Below, one piece after another: positions 28,901-44,050 of a stretch of DNA of 64,000 nucleotides. The stretch comes from the human T2T-CHM13v2.0 reference genome, Homo sapiens: NCBI RefSeq assembly GCF_009914755.1, contig NC_060928.1, one strand, 5' to 3'. The notes beneath the pieces were generated by a model that was given only the letters and a program-made list of their open reading frames with translations, was not told the DNA's origin and ran no database searches. The position numbers were made by a program, and so were the translations under genes. Position 1 is the stretch's first letter. Every line of letters starts with the position of its first letter.

Positions 28901-31559
28901 TACTACAGTATTCTGAACTTGTCTGTTTTGTTACTCTTACTAGTGACAGTTATACTTTCAGATGTTTTCTTGTTACACATTAGTGTCCATTTCTTTCCAA
29001 TTGAAGAACTTTCTTTAACATTTCTTGTAAGACAGATCTGGTGTTGATGAATTCCTTAAGCTTTTGTTTATCTGGAAAAGTCTTTATCTCTTCTTCATGT
29101 TGGAAGAATAGCTTCGCTGGGTATGGTATATTTGTTTGACAGTATTTTCCTTTAGCATCTTGAATATAGCTTACTACTCTCTCTTAGCATGTAAGGTTTC
29201 TGCTGAGCAATCTGTTGAAAGCTATATTTGTGCTCCATTGAATGTAATATATTTCTTTTCTCTTGTTACTTTGAATATTCTTTCTTTATCCTTGAATTTG
29301 CTAATTTTATTATGATATGCCTAAGACAATTCCTCTTTCGGTTGAATGTCATTAGTGACCTTTGAATTTCCTATATGTGGATGCTATCATCTTTGTCTAG
29401 ATTTGGAAAATGTTCAGCTATTATTTCTTTAAATATTCTTTCAATGCCTTTTCTTACTTGTCTTCTTTGGGAACTCCAATTATGCAACAGTTAGTTAATG
29501 TGATGGTGTCCCATAATTTTTGTAGGCCTTCTTCACTCTTTCTATTCCTTTTTTTTTTTTTGCAACTCTTACTGGGCAATTTCATGTGTTCTGTCTTCAA
29601 GCTTGCTGATTATTTCCTGTGTTTGATCAAGTCTGCTGTTTAAGCTTTCAAATGGGTTTTTGTATTCAATTCAGTTTTGGTATTTAAAAATATATATATG
29701 CTGTTGGGTTTTTAAAAATTGTTTCTATTTATCTGTCAATTTTCTCATTTCATTCTTGGATTGTTTTCAAATTTTATTCAGTTTTTTATTTATATTGTCT
29801 TGTAATTCCTTGAATATCTTTAAGAAGATATTCTGAAATCTCTGCCATACATTTCATAGATCTTCAATTCTTCTGGGTCTATTGCTGGAATTTTGTTGGC
29901 TTCTGTTGGTGGTGTCATATTTTCCCGAGTTTGCACAATTCTTGTATCTCTATGCTGATTCTGTGCCTTTGAGGAGGCATCCACCCCTTCCACATTTTTG
30001 AAGATGTTCTTTCGTGGGTTTAGACTTTTACTTCTTAGGATCAGTATTTAAACACACATCTTTTTTGAGGAAGACTTATAGTAAGCACCAGAACTTACAC
30101 TAAGCACATTTCACTGGAACTAACTTGCTACCCTGTCATTGTTTCTCAGTCTGGGTAAGACTTATGTTGAAAAAAGATGCTCGAATACTGCTCTGGAACT
30201 GTACTGCTGCCCTGCTGTTGTTTCTCAGTTTGAGGAGAACTTAAGCAGGCACCAAAACTTAGAACCTATTAGTTCTTTCTGGGCCATGATAAGTCTCCAA
30301 GCAAAAACCTGGGCTTTGTGTAAAATCTGGTTAGGGATTCAGGTTTTCTTATGTATTGTGTCCCCTGCAGCACTATGGCACCGGTCAGTCTCCTCAATGT
30401 GGTGTCCCTGATAATCAGAGTGTTGAATAGCCACTACGGTCCACAAGCCAGTCACTGCAACTAGTGACCTGCTCTTTTCCCAATTTACCCCACATTGTTC
30501 AGTCTTCCTGGCACTCTCAGTGATTCCTATGGGACAGAACCAGAGTGAGCTTCTCATGAAAATTCTCAAACCAGTGTGGAAATTGAATATTTACCTCTAA
30601 TTCCCAATTCTTACCTTAGCAAATTGTGCATCTAAGAAAACATTTTGTGAATGGCATTATGCTGGCTTGGGGGACAGAGTGATACAGCCTGAAATTACCA
30701 TTTCTCTTACCAGTCATGACTTCTCTTGATTTCATGAGTCTAGGGGGTTTCTCCACTTCTCCCCTGAGTTCTGGTATGTTCTGGGTGGCATTCTCATCTT
30801 TGAATAGTTTATAGCTGTATAATGTGGGGGCAGTGATGCCAGGGTATTTTCTATTTTGCTGTCTTACTGATGATACTCTCGGATATGAGAATTTAATATT
30901 AATAGAAGTGGAACCAATCCTTTTATTAAAATTAAGTGGGCAGAATATAATTGTATCAGTATCTAAAATCTGTCTAATTCATTCTTCTAAAGTATCAGTG
31001 GCCAAAAGTGAAATCTGATTTTTCTTTCACAATAAAGAGTTGTCCAGAAAGGGTATTAGCTATAGAATTTAGAAACAAATTACAGAATTTAGAGTTATGA
31101 AAAACTTTATAGACCATGGAATCCAACATTTTTATTTTATAGAAATCAAGATCCAAAAAATTCGTATAGCATACATAAGGAGGCTATATAACTAAGCCAG
31201 TTTCATTTCATTTCAAATTCAAACTTCTTATTCCCCATGGTAAAGTTGTGCTTTATATTGTAATGTTTTGTTCACTGCCTGGATACTAATCTCCCAGGAA
31301 TGAAAGTCCACTCCTAAATATAAACCTCAATCCAGCATTGAGACATGCCAACTAAGCTTTCTCCCTATAAACCAACTGGTGCATGCCAAGCCCAGCTAAA
31401 GATACTGAATGCAAAGCTTTCTATTCCTCATTGTTTATTTGTAGCCATATGCATTTTAAATATGGCTTCGCATATCACAAAAAGTGCAATTTCACACTTT
31501 TTTGTACCTAATTACAACATTCCCCATTCATTGGTGGACTCAATCATCCAATAATTAAC

Positions 31560-31623
31560 CTTGGCATCTGCTACATAGTCTTTCTTATAATGAAATGTGC
31601 AGGAATTATTGTTCAATTAGATT
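31560..31623 (-). pseudogene. Candidate decayed exon
   Basis: Acceptor cttatttttcatttgtttcaattatag, weak donor AAG|gttaat. Reads I*LNNNSCTFHYKKDYVADAK, ending phase 0, compatible with exon 7295. Confidence 0.4.
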
Positions 31624-31758
31624 CTATAATTGAAACAAATGAAAAATAAGCCAAGAATTCCAGAGTTAGCAAATCTGTTATTTGTTTGTTTTTTTCTCAA
31701 AATATATCACTGTATTTCAAAATACTATTTAAGGATAGCTTTTGAAAATAAGGTCTAC

Positions 31759-31902
31759 ATTTTTGAAATATAGATAGGTCATTCATCAAAAGACAGACAA
31801 GTGGCATTTAAATGCATAAACCAAAATACAAATCCAGGATGAATTTCTTGTGACAAGGAGCTATTATTACAGATTTGAGTATGATGGTGAGATCCATTGC
31901 TT
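31759..31902 (-). pseudogene. Candidate decayed exon (RGS N-terminal-like); 3' boundary uncertain
   Basis: Acceptor cctgtttttctttgatag. Reads AMDLTIILKSVIIAPCHKKFILDLYFGLCI*MPLVCLLMNDLSIFQK. Confidence 0.45.
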
Positions 31903-31974
31903 CTATCAAAGAAAAACAGGAACTACCCAAGTTGTCATGAGTACACTCTTTCTCATTTGATGCCTTCTTTTTAC

Positions 31975-32309
31975 CATTTACATTCTGATTATTTGACAAT
32001 CTATTGTTATTCCAGTTTTTTCTCTAAGGTCCCAGAATATTTCTTTTGCATTTTCTGCCTTAAATTTTCTTCCCAAAGATTCTGATTTTATTCTTACTAC
32101 ATGTATTTCAGAAATTTCTTTTTTTCCTAACAAAGCTTTTGGTTCATGTTCAACCTTTAAATGCAGCCACATATGTGCATATAAGTAAAAGCACTCCAGT
32201 TTTTAATATTTCTAATAGTTATCTGTTTCTTTTATAACTGCTTGAGCTTTGCTACCAATTTGCATAAGAGTCTTAAAAACTGCTAATTCCTTAAAAATTT
32301 ATTTTATTT
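31975..32309 (-). pseudogene. Candidate decayed exon, Lys/Glu-rich
   Basis: Acceptor actttattctcttaaag, possible donor ATG|gtaaaa. Phase-1 frame IK*IFKELAVFKTLMQIGSKAQAVIKET..., continuing into ORF 31978-32172. Confidence 0.5.
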
Positions 32310-32373
32310 CTTTAAGAGAATAAAGTAGCAGTCAATGTTTTAATGAAATGAAAATAAAGCTTCTTTTCCTTAC

Positions 32374-32455
32374 CATTAAGCAATGAGAAGTTTGACTGGC
32401 TAGCCAAGTTTCTGATTTTACTGTTATCAAGTGTAACTATGTGAACTGGGGCTCA
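32374..32455 (-). pseudogene. Candidate decayed exon
   Basis: ctgac branch site, long T tract, atag acceptor, donor ATG|gtaagg. 82 nt, phase 0-1: *APVHIVTLDNSKIRNLASQSNFSLLN. Confidence 0.6.
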
Positions 32456-33119
32456 CTATTTTAGTATTAAAAATAAAGTAAAAGTGAAATAAAAAGTCAG
32501 CTTCTGAAAGCTCCAGGAAGTAAGATAATATAAAAGCTACATTTCTGTTGTTGATAGAAGATATTTATCTTTAAGTTTGAATCTCTTAACCCATAGAGCT
32601 TGTATATAGTAAGTACTTATCATATTCAGTGGTAAAGCAGGATGATATTAAAGTTTGACTGTTATAACAGATCTGCAATGCTTGAACAGAGTCTTTGTTA
32701 AACATCTGCTTTTAAAAACAGCCATCAGTGGAGGAAAAGCTTATACACTTTCTCAGTCTGTGCTTCATTTTAGTCTAGGTCTATAATAACAAAGTCAAGT
32801 GAAATGTTGAAACAGCCAGTTACATCAAGACATAATTCTAGCATGGGAGTAGAAGATTTGGGAGTCTGAATTTTCTATGTTAATTTAGATTTTCAACACA
32901 AACTGTGTAATTTCTTAGCTCCCATTCTAAAGAGGTAGGCAGTGAAGTGATCTGCTTGAATTCCTGCCTGAACATCTCTCTAAAGCCCAAATTTAGGGAG
33001 GCTAAGCCTTCTCCTTTAGCATCCTTCCTACTCTAGGCCCTGAAACCAATGTTATTCCTATTTGGGAAGGATTAAAGTAGCACTACATCAGAAGCTCACT
33101 GGCTTAAAATCAAGGTAAC

Positions 33120-33270
33120 CTTTTCCTTAGTTGCTCACCAGACTATACATTTTGAGAACAGGAATTTTTCTGCCTTTTCCAACTCTATGTATTCTGCACC
33201 TAATTTTTGACAAATACTGGGTACTCAATAAATATGTATTGAATGAATAAAAATGGATGAACAACTAAGT
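33120..33270 (+). mobile_element. L2 3' tail
   Basis: ggtactcaataaatatgtattgaatgaataaa. Confidence 0.75.
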
Positions 33271-33557
33271 GAAAGAACTAATAGATTCTCTAATGTCCTA
33301 GTTCCGCCCTAGGCACCAAACCCTTCTTGTAACTAAATTCAAATTAGTGAATCTTGAGGTATTGCCTGATGTCCATCCTGAGGTCCTGCCTTGCTCTGCA
33401 ATGGTCCTGTGAATAAGAACACCGCTTCCTAACTATGGTTCTGTGGTTGAGTCCTTTCTCCACCTGCTTCCTGATCTTCCTTGGGCCAAATAAATCTTTA
33501 TTTTCCTCCCATTGCCTTTTTCAGACTCCATGCTGCCACCATGCTCCATCTACTCAC

Positions 33558-33815
33558 TACAATATTCACACGTAAGAATTTGCTGTGCATTCCTAATGTG
33601 GATCTTCTCTCTACTTCCCCAGTTGCTGTAGTCTAATACTCTACTCATGATCTTTCAATATAAAAACAAGAGTTTTCAGGCTTGTATATAATTATCAACA
33701 ATTTTAGGCTGGAATATTTTTGAAAAGCTGAATGATTCTTCAAAGTAATAACTATACTTCATTGAATGATACAAATGATTTGTAGCTTAGTATTTATATT
33801 TCTGTTTTCTCCATT
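33558..33815 (-). pseudogene. Candidate decayed exon (RGS-like)
   Basis: Acceptor ctttccacattttatgacatttatag, donor GTA|gtgagt. 258 nt, phase 0-0: ...ITLKNHSAFQKYSSLKLLIIIYKPENSCFYIERS*VEY*TTATGEVERRSTLGMHSKFLRVNIV. Confidence 0.55.
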
Positions 33816-33982
33816 CTATAAATGTCATAAAATGTGGAAAGAAGAACAATGATGGCCAATTTGTAATTAAGAAAACTCAACTAAGAGTCACAGGGTGGAT
33901 GGTATAAGAACAGGATTAATCCCACTAATCTATTGCAACGCTGTCTTTATCTCCAGAGATGTTTTCAGTCATACATAGGGCT

Positions 33983-34340
33983 TGTATTAGTCTGTTTCAC
34001 ACTGCTCCAAAGATACTACCTGAGACTGGGTAATTTATTATATAAACAAAAGCAGTTTAATTGACTCACAGTTCCACATGGCTGGAGAGGCTTCACAGTC
34101 ATGGCGGAAGGAAAGAGGAATCAAGGCATGATCTTACATGATGGCAGGAGACAGAGAGAGCGAAGAAGCGCCACACTTTAAAACCATCAGCTCTCATGAG
34201 AACTCACTCCCTATCACAAGAACAGCATTGGAGAAACTGCCCTCATGATTCAATCACCTCCCACCAGGTTCCTCCCTCATCACATGGGGATTACAATTTG
34301 AGATGAGATTTGGGTTGGGACACAGAGCCAAACCATATCA
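33983..34340 (-). mobile_element. THE1D/MSTA-type solo LTR
   Basis: tgtattagtctg...ccaaaccatatca with 5-bp TSD gggct. Confidence 0.9.
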
Positions 34341-34743
34341 GGGCTGATCATTGGCAAAACTTGAATGAAATGTACTAAGTAGCTATGAATGTAGTCCTGA
34401 GCTAGAATCCAAAACAGAGAGGAACAACCTGTGCCAGTTTATTAGCGCTGTTTATAGATAAAGTACAGTTTGTACCTAGTTTCTATTTGTTCTCTTAGTT
34501 TCTGTTTTTGAGCTTGGTCATGAAGCCTTGTTTGGGCTATGTGGCCAGAGAGGTTTAAAAGACATCTTACATAGGACTTTGGTTTCTCTGAGATCAAGGC
34601 AACTTGCATATATATTGGTGGCTCAAAATCCAAAGACAGAGTAAGTCCTATGTGACTAAGAAAGGAACCTGGGAGCTGTACCAGAAAGCTTTGTGACTCT
34701 GGTTTTGTATCTTCTTTCTCTTGCTGTACCATATTCTTTCTCT

Positions 34744-35121
34744 TTATTAGTCTGCTGTCACACTGCTGTGAAGAAATACATGAGACTGGATAATTTATAA
34801 AGGAAATAGGTTTAGTTGACTCACAGTTCTGCATTTCTGGGGAGGCCTCAGAAAACTTACAATCACGGTGTGAGGCAAAGGAGAAATATGCACCTTCCTC
34901 ACAGTGTGGCAGGACAGAGTGAGTGCAAGCAGGAGAAATGCCAGATGCTTATAAAACCATCAGATCTCATGAGAATTCACTTACTATCACAAGAACAGCA
35001 TGGGGGAAACCACCCTCATGATCCAATTACCTCAACCTGGTCCCGCCCTTGACACGTGGGGATTATGGAGATTGCAATTAGAGGTGAGATTTAAGTGGGA
35101 ACACAGAGCGAAACCATATCA
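34744..35121 (-). mobile_element. THE1/MST-type solo LTR
   Basis: tattagtctg...gggaggcctcagaaaacttacaatc...aaaccatatca. Confidence 0.9.
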
Positions 35122-35519
35122 TTGAGTATGCATGAAGAGTCTCATGAGTCCTTTTAACCATATAACTGTAAGAATTGCAGTCCACATAAATTCAAATTTT
35201 TTTGTATGTTACTTCCCCTGACATAGTTATTTGTGATGGTGATCTCAACAGCAGATTATATTGACCAGGTTGCTGGTCAAATATGATGCAGCTTGATGGA
35301 ATAAGAGGCCTGGATATGCCAGATTTTTCTGACTTCCTATGTCTTTGTGGGGTGTACTCGCAACCATGGATTCAGTGGCTTTATAATGTCAGAAACCTAC
35401 TCTGTTAAAAATGTGGTGTAACCTTAGTGTACCTCTGCCCATCAAGCTATAGCTTTAGGTATTTTTAAAATAGATCTTAGAAAGGCAGAGTCATAACAGG
35501 AAGAAACCAAAGACCTTGG

Positions 35520-35630
35520 TGTATTAGTCAGGGTTTTCCAGAGAAGCCAAACCAATAACATATATATATATACATACATATATATATACACACACACACA
35601 TATATACACACACACACATATGTATGTACA
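35520..35630 (-). mobile_element. MLT2 LTR terminal fragment plus (TA)/(CA) microsatellite
   Basis: tgtattagtcagggttttccagagaa followed by a TA/CA run. Confidence 0.65.
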
Positions 35631-35793
35631 TTATTAATTCAAAGAGAATTCTTTTACTTTCTTGGAAATCACTCTATCCTTAAAGTATGCATATATATTA
35701 GGAGTATTCTGCTGATTATTAATCATAGCTAACATCCAGTTAACAGGCTGTAGTTCATTTAAACAAACATGTATTCACATCAGTTGTGTCCTT

Positions 35794-37666
<1,873 letters not shown>

Positions 37667-37789
37667 CTAAATCATGAAAGTAGAAATTATAGTTTAGAGT
37701 TGACTTATTAAACATAATAGTACTAAAGAAAATATTAACCTAAATATCACAGCTTAAATAATATCATAAACATACAAGATGAATATGAA

Positions 37790-39300
37790 TATACAGAATA
37801 GGCTGGGACAATTGCATCTTCAGCTGTGGTTATTTGTGTAAGCCTCAATAGTGAATTTTGTTGGACCTCCGATCCATTCACTTCTGGTCCCCATGGCAGT
37901 TTCAGTAAAACATTGTAAAGGCTTCTGCTTCATTTTCAAATAAATCACATGGTCTCTTTCGTAAACCAGTTGTGTTTTTCCAGAGATATTACAATATGTT
38001 ACTGACGGAAAAAAAATTGATTGTATTACTAAAGATGGAGAAGAGACAAAACTACAGGAGCATTATTCATATTGCAATCATCTAGTGAAAATAGAGAAAG
38101 CTTATTGCTCATAACAAGTCTCTAAAGTTAATAAAAAATATTGTGCTAAAAAGAAAACAGAACCTACGTTATTGGTAAAATTCCTTTTATGAAATGAACT
38201 TATTGGATATCACCTAGTATCAGTGGCACAAAATGTGGAGTTACAAACATAGATGTATATTATCTTGCATTTGGATGAAACCACTGATGTATTTTATAAA
38301 TCAGTTCTTATAATATGGTAAGTTTAAAAAATCCATTACAATCAAAGAAATTTTTAATTAAATTTCAAGAATTAAAAATTAGATAATTTAATTATCTAAG
38401 AGGAAAAAGTAATGATTTCTTATCACATTTAACTCTAAGATTTCATACTAAAGGACAAAAGACCTTTTTAAAAATATTAGCTCCAATTTTCTTTGAGGGA
38501 TGACATAGTCTAGAAAGGGTGTGTTGGGGTTAGCGCTTAAATAACAATCATTAGCTATGCAGCAAGAAAGGGTGTTACTAAGCTTTTTCACCAAAAAATC
38601 AGTGAAATATCCTGATGTATTCATTTTAAAAATGTGGTTGACTCAGTGTTGCAGAAAATAGCAATTATTTTGAATATAATTAGGTTAAAGTTCTTTAGTT
38701 ACAAACAACCAAACCAATTTCTGACTGACTTAGATAAAAGTAAACTTATTAAAATGGTAAAAAAAAAAAAAAAAAAAAAGCTTACAGAATTGATGGCGGG
38801 CTACAGAAGGACCTTTGGGAATAGGAAGGAATGAAATCAGCTTCTGAGGCTAAGAATCAGAAGTCCAGCATTTGTGGCAAATCAGGACCAGGCTGGTGAA
38901 AGCCTACCACTGGGATGAGACAGAAGGCCAGCTGTTTAACTCTTTTTTCCTCTACACAAGATTAAAATATTTCACCTTAAATTGTAGAAGACGGGGATCT
39001 GATAAAGAGTCCCACCAGATTGTATTTCATTCATCAAACTGAAGTGCTAAAGAGGCTAGGTAGGCAAAATGTAACCAATGTCCGAAAGAGGGAGACTCTG
39101 AGAACTTTATTTTCAGCATACTACGTAAAGAAATGGTCAGCAAGGACAAGAGACTACATTGCCACATGTTAAAGACAAGATATCAGGGTTTCTTAAGAAA
39201 AACAAATTGTGATATAAATGGTTTATCTCTAAGGGTTTAACTTTTATAACGTTGGATAATTTTCTTCACACCAAGAAACAGAAACTGACAACATGTTTTA
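37790..39300 (+). mobile_element. hAT-Charlie transposase fossil, interrupted by an MLT1-like LTR (about 38675-39090)
   Basis: Ordered decayed peptides LHLDETTDV (38266-38292), CVGVSA (about 38520) and VKDKISGFLKK (about 39170) match Charlie/ZBED5-type transposase motifs. Confidence 0.7.
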
Positions 39301-39423
39301 CATGCTACATGTTATAAAACATTTTATTATCGTGTGTGAATTCTGATACAGAACAGAGTTAAATGAAACTGCAAAGTAAATTTAGAGGCCCATCAACCTC
39401 ACCTCCCAAAATAAAACATTTAC

Positions 39424-39584
39424 TTGATTTCCCTACTTCTGAGTGTGGTCTGCTTATAACCGTATCTAATGGAGCAATTAATGTTGTCTTCAGTTAAAAA
39501 AAAATCTGAAAAATCACTAGATATATATTGATCTGAATATCTAGAACTTTTGACATATTCCCTAAACCCCTGCAAATTAGAGGT
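39424..39584 (-). pseudogene. Candidate exon, fully open frame (RGS-like)
   Basis: Acceptor cttttttttcctctttatttctttaag, donor CAA|gtaaat. 53 open codons: TSNLQGFREYVKSSRYSDQYISSDFSDFFLTEDNINCSIRYGYKQTTLRSREI. Confidence 0.6.
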
Positions 39585-39804
39585 CTTAAAGAAATAAAGA
39601 GGAAAAAAAAGATGTGAATCCTAACCAGCAGCTCAAAATATCCATCACTGAACCAGATATTTTTATTCTAGGGAAAGGTTAAAGCAATGTGATCTCACCA
39701 AGATGAAAAAAAAAACTATAAATTTAGAAAGTCTATGCTTTATATTTAATTGGTTTAATTTTTAATTTTAAAATGTTAATTGTAAAGAAATGTTTTTAAC
39801 TTAC

Positions 39805-39946
39805 CAAAATTAGTGGGCTCCATTTTCTCATGTTGACTGGTCCTTAAGTCAACAGAGATGCCAGAACTTGAGAAATAACCCTCCAGCAGGAGCCTGGACT
39901 CTATCTATAAATGTTGAGCATATTAATCTTTGCCCAGAGCTCAAAT
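39805..39946 (-). pseudogene. Candidate decayed exon, frame ambiguous
   Basis: Acceptor tattcatcgtgtttccag, donor TTG|gtaagt. One frame gives STFIDRVQAPAGGLFLKFWHLC*; another ends RKWSPLIL in phase with the next exon. Confidence 0.55.
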
Positions 39947-40151
39947 CTGGAAACACGATGAATAGCATTCAACATGGATCATAAACATGAACACATTTAA
40001 TAACAGTTACAGGAAGCTTAATCTTAGAAGAAAGGCATGCCATACTCTCTTTTTGGAAATATGTACTAGAAACTAAGGTGATGAGTAATTTGACAGATAG
40101 TAGAGTGTATGTTTAAGTATAAATTATCATGATTATTTGTTAATTATAATG

Positions 40152-40360
40152 AGAAGCAGAGTGGTATAGAAAGTACACAAGATTTGGAGACAGAAATCAC
40201 CTTATCCCTGGTTTTTCTACCAAGTGAATGTTTGCTATTGAATGAATTATTGTACTTAATATCTCTAAACCTCACTTCATTCCCCTGTAAAATGGCAAAA
40301 ATAATGATATGCCCAGATACTACATGAAAAGTAAATAAGGTAGCAGTGTGTACATTATAA
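40152..40360 (+). mobile_element. MIR SINE
   Basis: gcagagtggtatagaaag...cttaatatctctaaacctcacttcattcccctgtaaaatgg. Confidence 0.7.
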
Positions 40361-40717
40361 AGTAATCTAAAAATATTGCTGACTTTTCCACATAACTTCT
40401 CAAATCTTCGTTCTATTTGGCTTAGGGAAATTAGATTAAAAATGTGTTTTAATCATCCAAAAAAGACTAACCTTTTATCTTACCCTTCGAAATTAAAATT
40501 AAGGGAAATAAGCATCATCATAAATGATAATGTCAAGTAGATGTAATTCATCATTCTTATAATATTTCAAGTGCCAAAATAATCTCTTTTTGGCACCAAT
40601 CCTAATATCAGCCAGAAATGGTAATGTCAAAACCACCATTACACTTTTTATTATTGTGCACATTGTAGTTTTAATATTGCCTTCATTTCAAATTCTTATC
40701 TAATTATTGTGAATTAC

Positions 40718-40962
40718 CAACAATAGCATTTAGATGTTCATGAATAGAAGTAAATACATTTCCCTGCTACTTGATTAGAGGAGAAATATGAGGCCTTAAG
40801 ACCTTTTTAAGTACATAGAAAAGTCCTTTTCAGAGCTTGAAAATGTTACCCATGTTGAATGAAGTAAAATACACTTTTCTGATACCAATAACCTCTCTAG
40901 ACTTTTTGTCTTTTCATCAGTGCAGATCTTAACTGAAAAGGCTGTTATTGATGTAAGATAAA
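40718..40962 (-). pseudogene. Candidate decayed exon with the clearest RGS-box start
   Basis: Acceptor ttatttatttttgttag, possible donor TTG|gtaatt. SLERLLVSEKCILLHSTWVTFSSSEKDFSMYL aligns without gaps to the RGS pattern SLExLL(x8)FxxFLxxExSEENxxFWL. Confidence 0.65.
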
Positions 40963-40987
40963 CTAACAAAAATAAATAATGACTGGC

Positions 40988-41368
40988 TGTATTAGTCTGT
41001 TCTTGCACAGCTATCAAGAAATACCTGAGACTGGGTAATTTATAAAGAATAGAGGTTAATTGGCTCACAGTTCTGCAGGATTTACAGAAAGCATGGCTGT
41101 GGAGACCCGAGGAAACTTACAGTCATGGCAGAAGGCAATGGGAAAGCAGGTACATCTTCCATGGCTAGAGCAGGAGGAAGAGAGAAGGGGAAGGTGCTAC
41201 ACACTTTTGAACAACACAATCTCATGAGAACTCACTCACTATCATGAGAACAGCAAAGAAGAAATATGCCCCCATGATCCACTCACCTCCTACCAGAGCC
41301 TTTCTCCAACAACGTGGATTACAATTTGACATGAGAACTGGGTTAGGACACAAATCCAAACCATACCA
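40988..41368 (-). mobile_element. MSTA-type solo LTR
   Basis: tgtattagtctg...caaatccaaaccatacca with TSD ctggc. Confidence 0.92.
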
Positions 41369-41614
41369 CTGGCCAACAGCACATATTAAGAAAAATAAAT
41401 TTTGAGTGTCACTATAAGTTTTAATAATAAAAGAACAGCATTTACTGCATAATTTCTCTCTGATTAATAAGTGCACCCCAGGTTAACTAATACTCATGTC
41501 AAAATCCTACACCAAATTAATCCTAAACCAACTTACAAATTCAATCCAGAAACCAACTCCTCCCAGCATACAAGGTTTGTGGATTCCATGTCATTATCTC
41601 ATATCATTTGCCCT

Positions 41615-42063
41615 TATAGATATTACCTGCTGGATATCTGTTGAGGCAGCAACAACAAGTTATTACCCAGATATGTTCTCCCTTTCTTCCTTTTAGTAAT
41701 AAGATCCACAACATTTCTGTTGGCCTGTGACCACCTAGATCCAGCCTCCTTGAAGCCAGGTGTAGCTAGTGACAGTGTGGTTAATGAGGTAGGAATTGAA
41801 GTGATATATGCAACATCCAGGTATCTCCTAAGAGCCAATGCTGCCTGCCCTGTACCTTCTCCATACACCTTATCATTTCCTTAGAAATGGAGATGATTGG
41901 GACAACGATGGAAACCACAGATTGAGAAAATTAGAGCTTTCCTGTTAACAGTGATCTACTTTCCACTGGACAGTTACTTTAGAAATAAATAAACTTCTCT
42001 CTTGATTGAATTTGTGTATTGGGAGTCCTTTAGTTGCAGTAGCATGGCCTGTGTCCCAACACA
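41615..42063 (+). mobile_element. MLT1-family LTR
   Basis: ccagcctccttgaagccaggtgtagc...aataaacttctctcttg...ttagttgcagtagc. Confidence 0.65.
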
Positions 42064-42113
42064 CCGCATCATCAGCTGCAGAGGATGGACTAAGTTGGTC
42101 TCAATGTTGTAAG

Positions 42114-42290
42114 CCAGTGGTTTTCTAAACATTTCCCAGAATGAGCAACATCAGCATCACTTCAGAATGTTCGAAATGAAAATTCTTGAACCAAATTTAA
42201 TACCTAGTGATTCAGAGTAGTAAGGCCCCCAAATCTGTGATTTAACAAGACTTTCATGTGACTGATGACCTTGAGAAACACAGGTCTAGA
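42114..42290. mobile_element. MER5-type MITE
   Basis: cagtggttttctaaac...agcaacatcagcatcac...ttaacaagactttcatgtga...ttgagaaacac. Confidence 0.7.
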
Positions 42291-42778
42291 CAAAAACACA
42301 CGATGAAGCGTACAACCCGCAGTCTTTATTCAGGGTACCCAACAGAACATTGGTGAAGAACTATTCTGAGAGATGAAAGATCAAGTCTGAAATCAAGATA
42401 GCTGAAAGAAGGGATTTTCTATGCTAGGTCACTCAATGCTAAGCAATATTAGTAGAGCCCTACAAATTTAAAACACTGAAACACTTAAAACCTAGGGAAT
42501 TGCAGTCTATTTGCAGTTGAATGGAGTGACCCATCCCAGAAAGTACTTTTCAATCACCTCACCATTAGATTAACAGTTGTCTATAACATGAAAGCTTGTA
42601 TTATTCATTTGGTGTTCAATAAACATTTGTGAAAATAAGAGAAGGAAGAAATAAAGGAATGAAGGAAATAATGGAAAGAAAGAGGGAAGGAGGGAGATTA
42701 TTAGTAAATATTTGTCGATTAAATTGATGACCAGACTATCACCTCATAATTGGAATGAATCCATCCCAATGTTAGCAC

Positions 42779-43074
42779 TTTTTTTTTTTTTTTTGAGATG
42801 GAGTCTCGCTCTGTCGTCCAGGCTGGAGTGCAGTGGCACGATCTTGGTTCACTGCAAGCTCTGCCTTCCGGTTCACGCCATTCTCCTGCCTCAGCCTCCC
42901 AAGTAGCTGGGACTACAGGTGCCCGCTACCACGCCTGGCTAATTTTTTGTATTTTTAGTAGAGACAGAGTTTCACTGTGTTAGCCAGGATGGTCTGGATG
43001 TCCTGACCTCGTGATCCGCCTGCCTCGGCCTCCCAAAGTGCTGGGATTACAGGCGTAAGCCACTGTGCCCGGCC
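42779..43074 (-). mobile_element. AluY
   Basis: ctgcaagctc, ttcacgccattctcc and gttagccaggatggtc diagnostics; TSD tgttagcactt. Confidence 0.95.
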
Positions 43075-43532
43075 CCATTGTTAGCACTTTTTAAGTGGCT
43101 GAATTTCAGCTGAATTTTGGGCCATAGAGACCGAAGAATGAAAAGGATTTTTCCTGTTTGGTTCATGGAAGGAAAACTTTGTTTTAGAAAATGAATAATT
43201 TCATGAGAACATTTAAGACTACAGCTAAGAACATGTCAAACTAGCAAGAAAAAAATCTTTGATGAGGAACTCAGTTATCAATTTCCATACAAAGGCTTAT
43301 CCAGCACAGGCATGCAGGTAGTTTACACATGGAGAAGTCAAAAGCAGCTTTTCAGTGTCTGGAAGCCAAGGCGAGTTCTAATCATTTAATCACTTCTGCT
43401 CCATATCTTTGTCCTCATTATCAAAAGACTCAGAAAAAGCCTAGCAGTGAGAGAAACAAGAAGCTGGGTCACACCTCTAGGACTTATTCCCAGACCCCAG
43501 TTTCGCCCCACAGGGTTAAGATGGCATCACAC

Positions 43533-43826
<294 letters not shown>

Positions 43827-44050
43827 TCAAAGAATTGCTGAAAGAGGAGTGGGGAAAGCTCCATTGTGAGCATATGAAAGGGGCATGGAGGTTCTGGGTC
43901 ACAGAAATTTGATAGAAAGTTGATGACACCCTAATGTCTAAAACATGTTGGCCAGAATCTCAGACACAAAGTGGTCATCAGTCTGCTTCTGAAATCTGAG
44001 TCAGAGCTAACTCAAAGAAAAATGTTAGAATGTAAAGGCCAAGGCCTTAC

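Noticed and set aside
35160-35401. Possible additional minus-strand exon
   Set aside because: Acceptor is plausible, but there is no convincing donor or motif; may be an old ERV fragment.
41537-41615. Donor TTT|gtaagt preceded by GFWIEF
   Set aside because: No acceptor is visible because an MLT1 LTR abuts it; too little to call.
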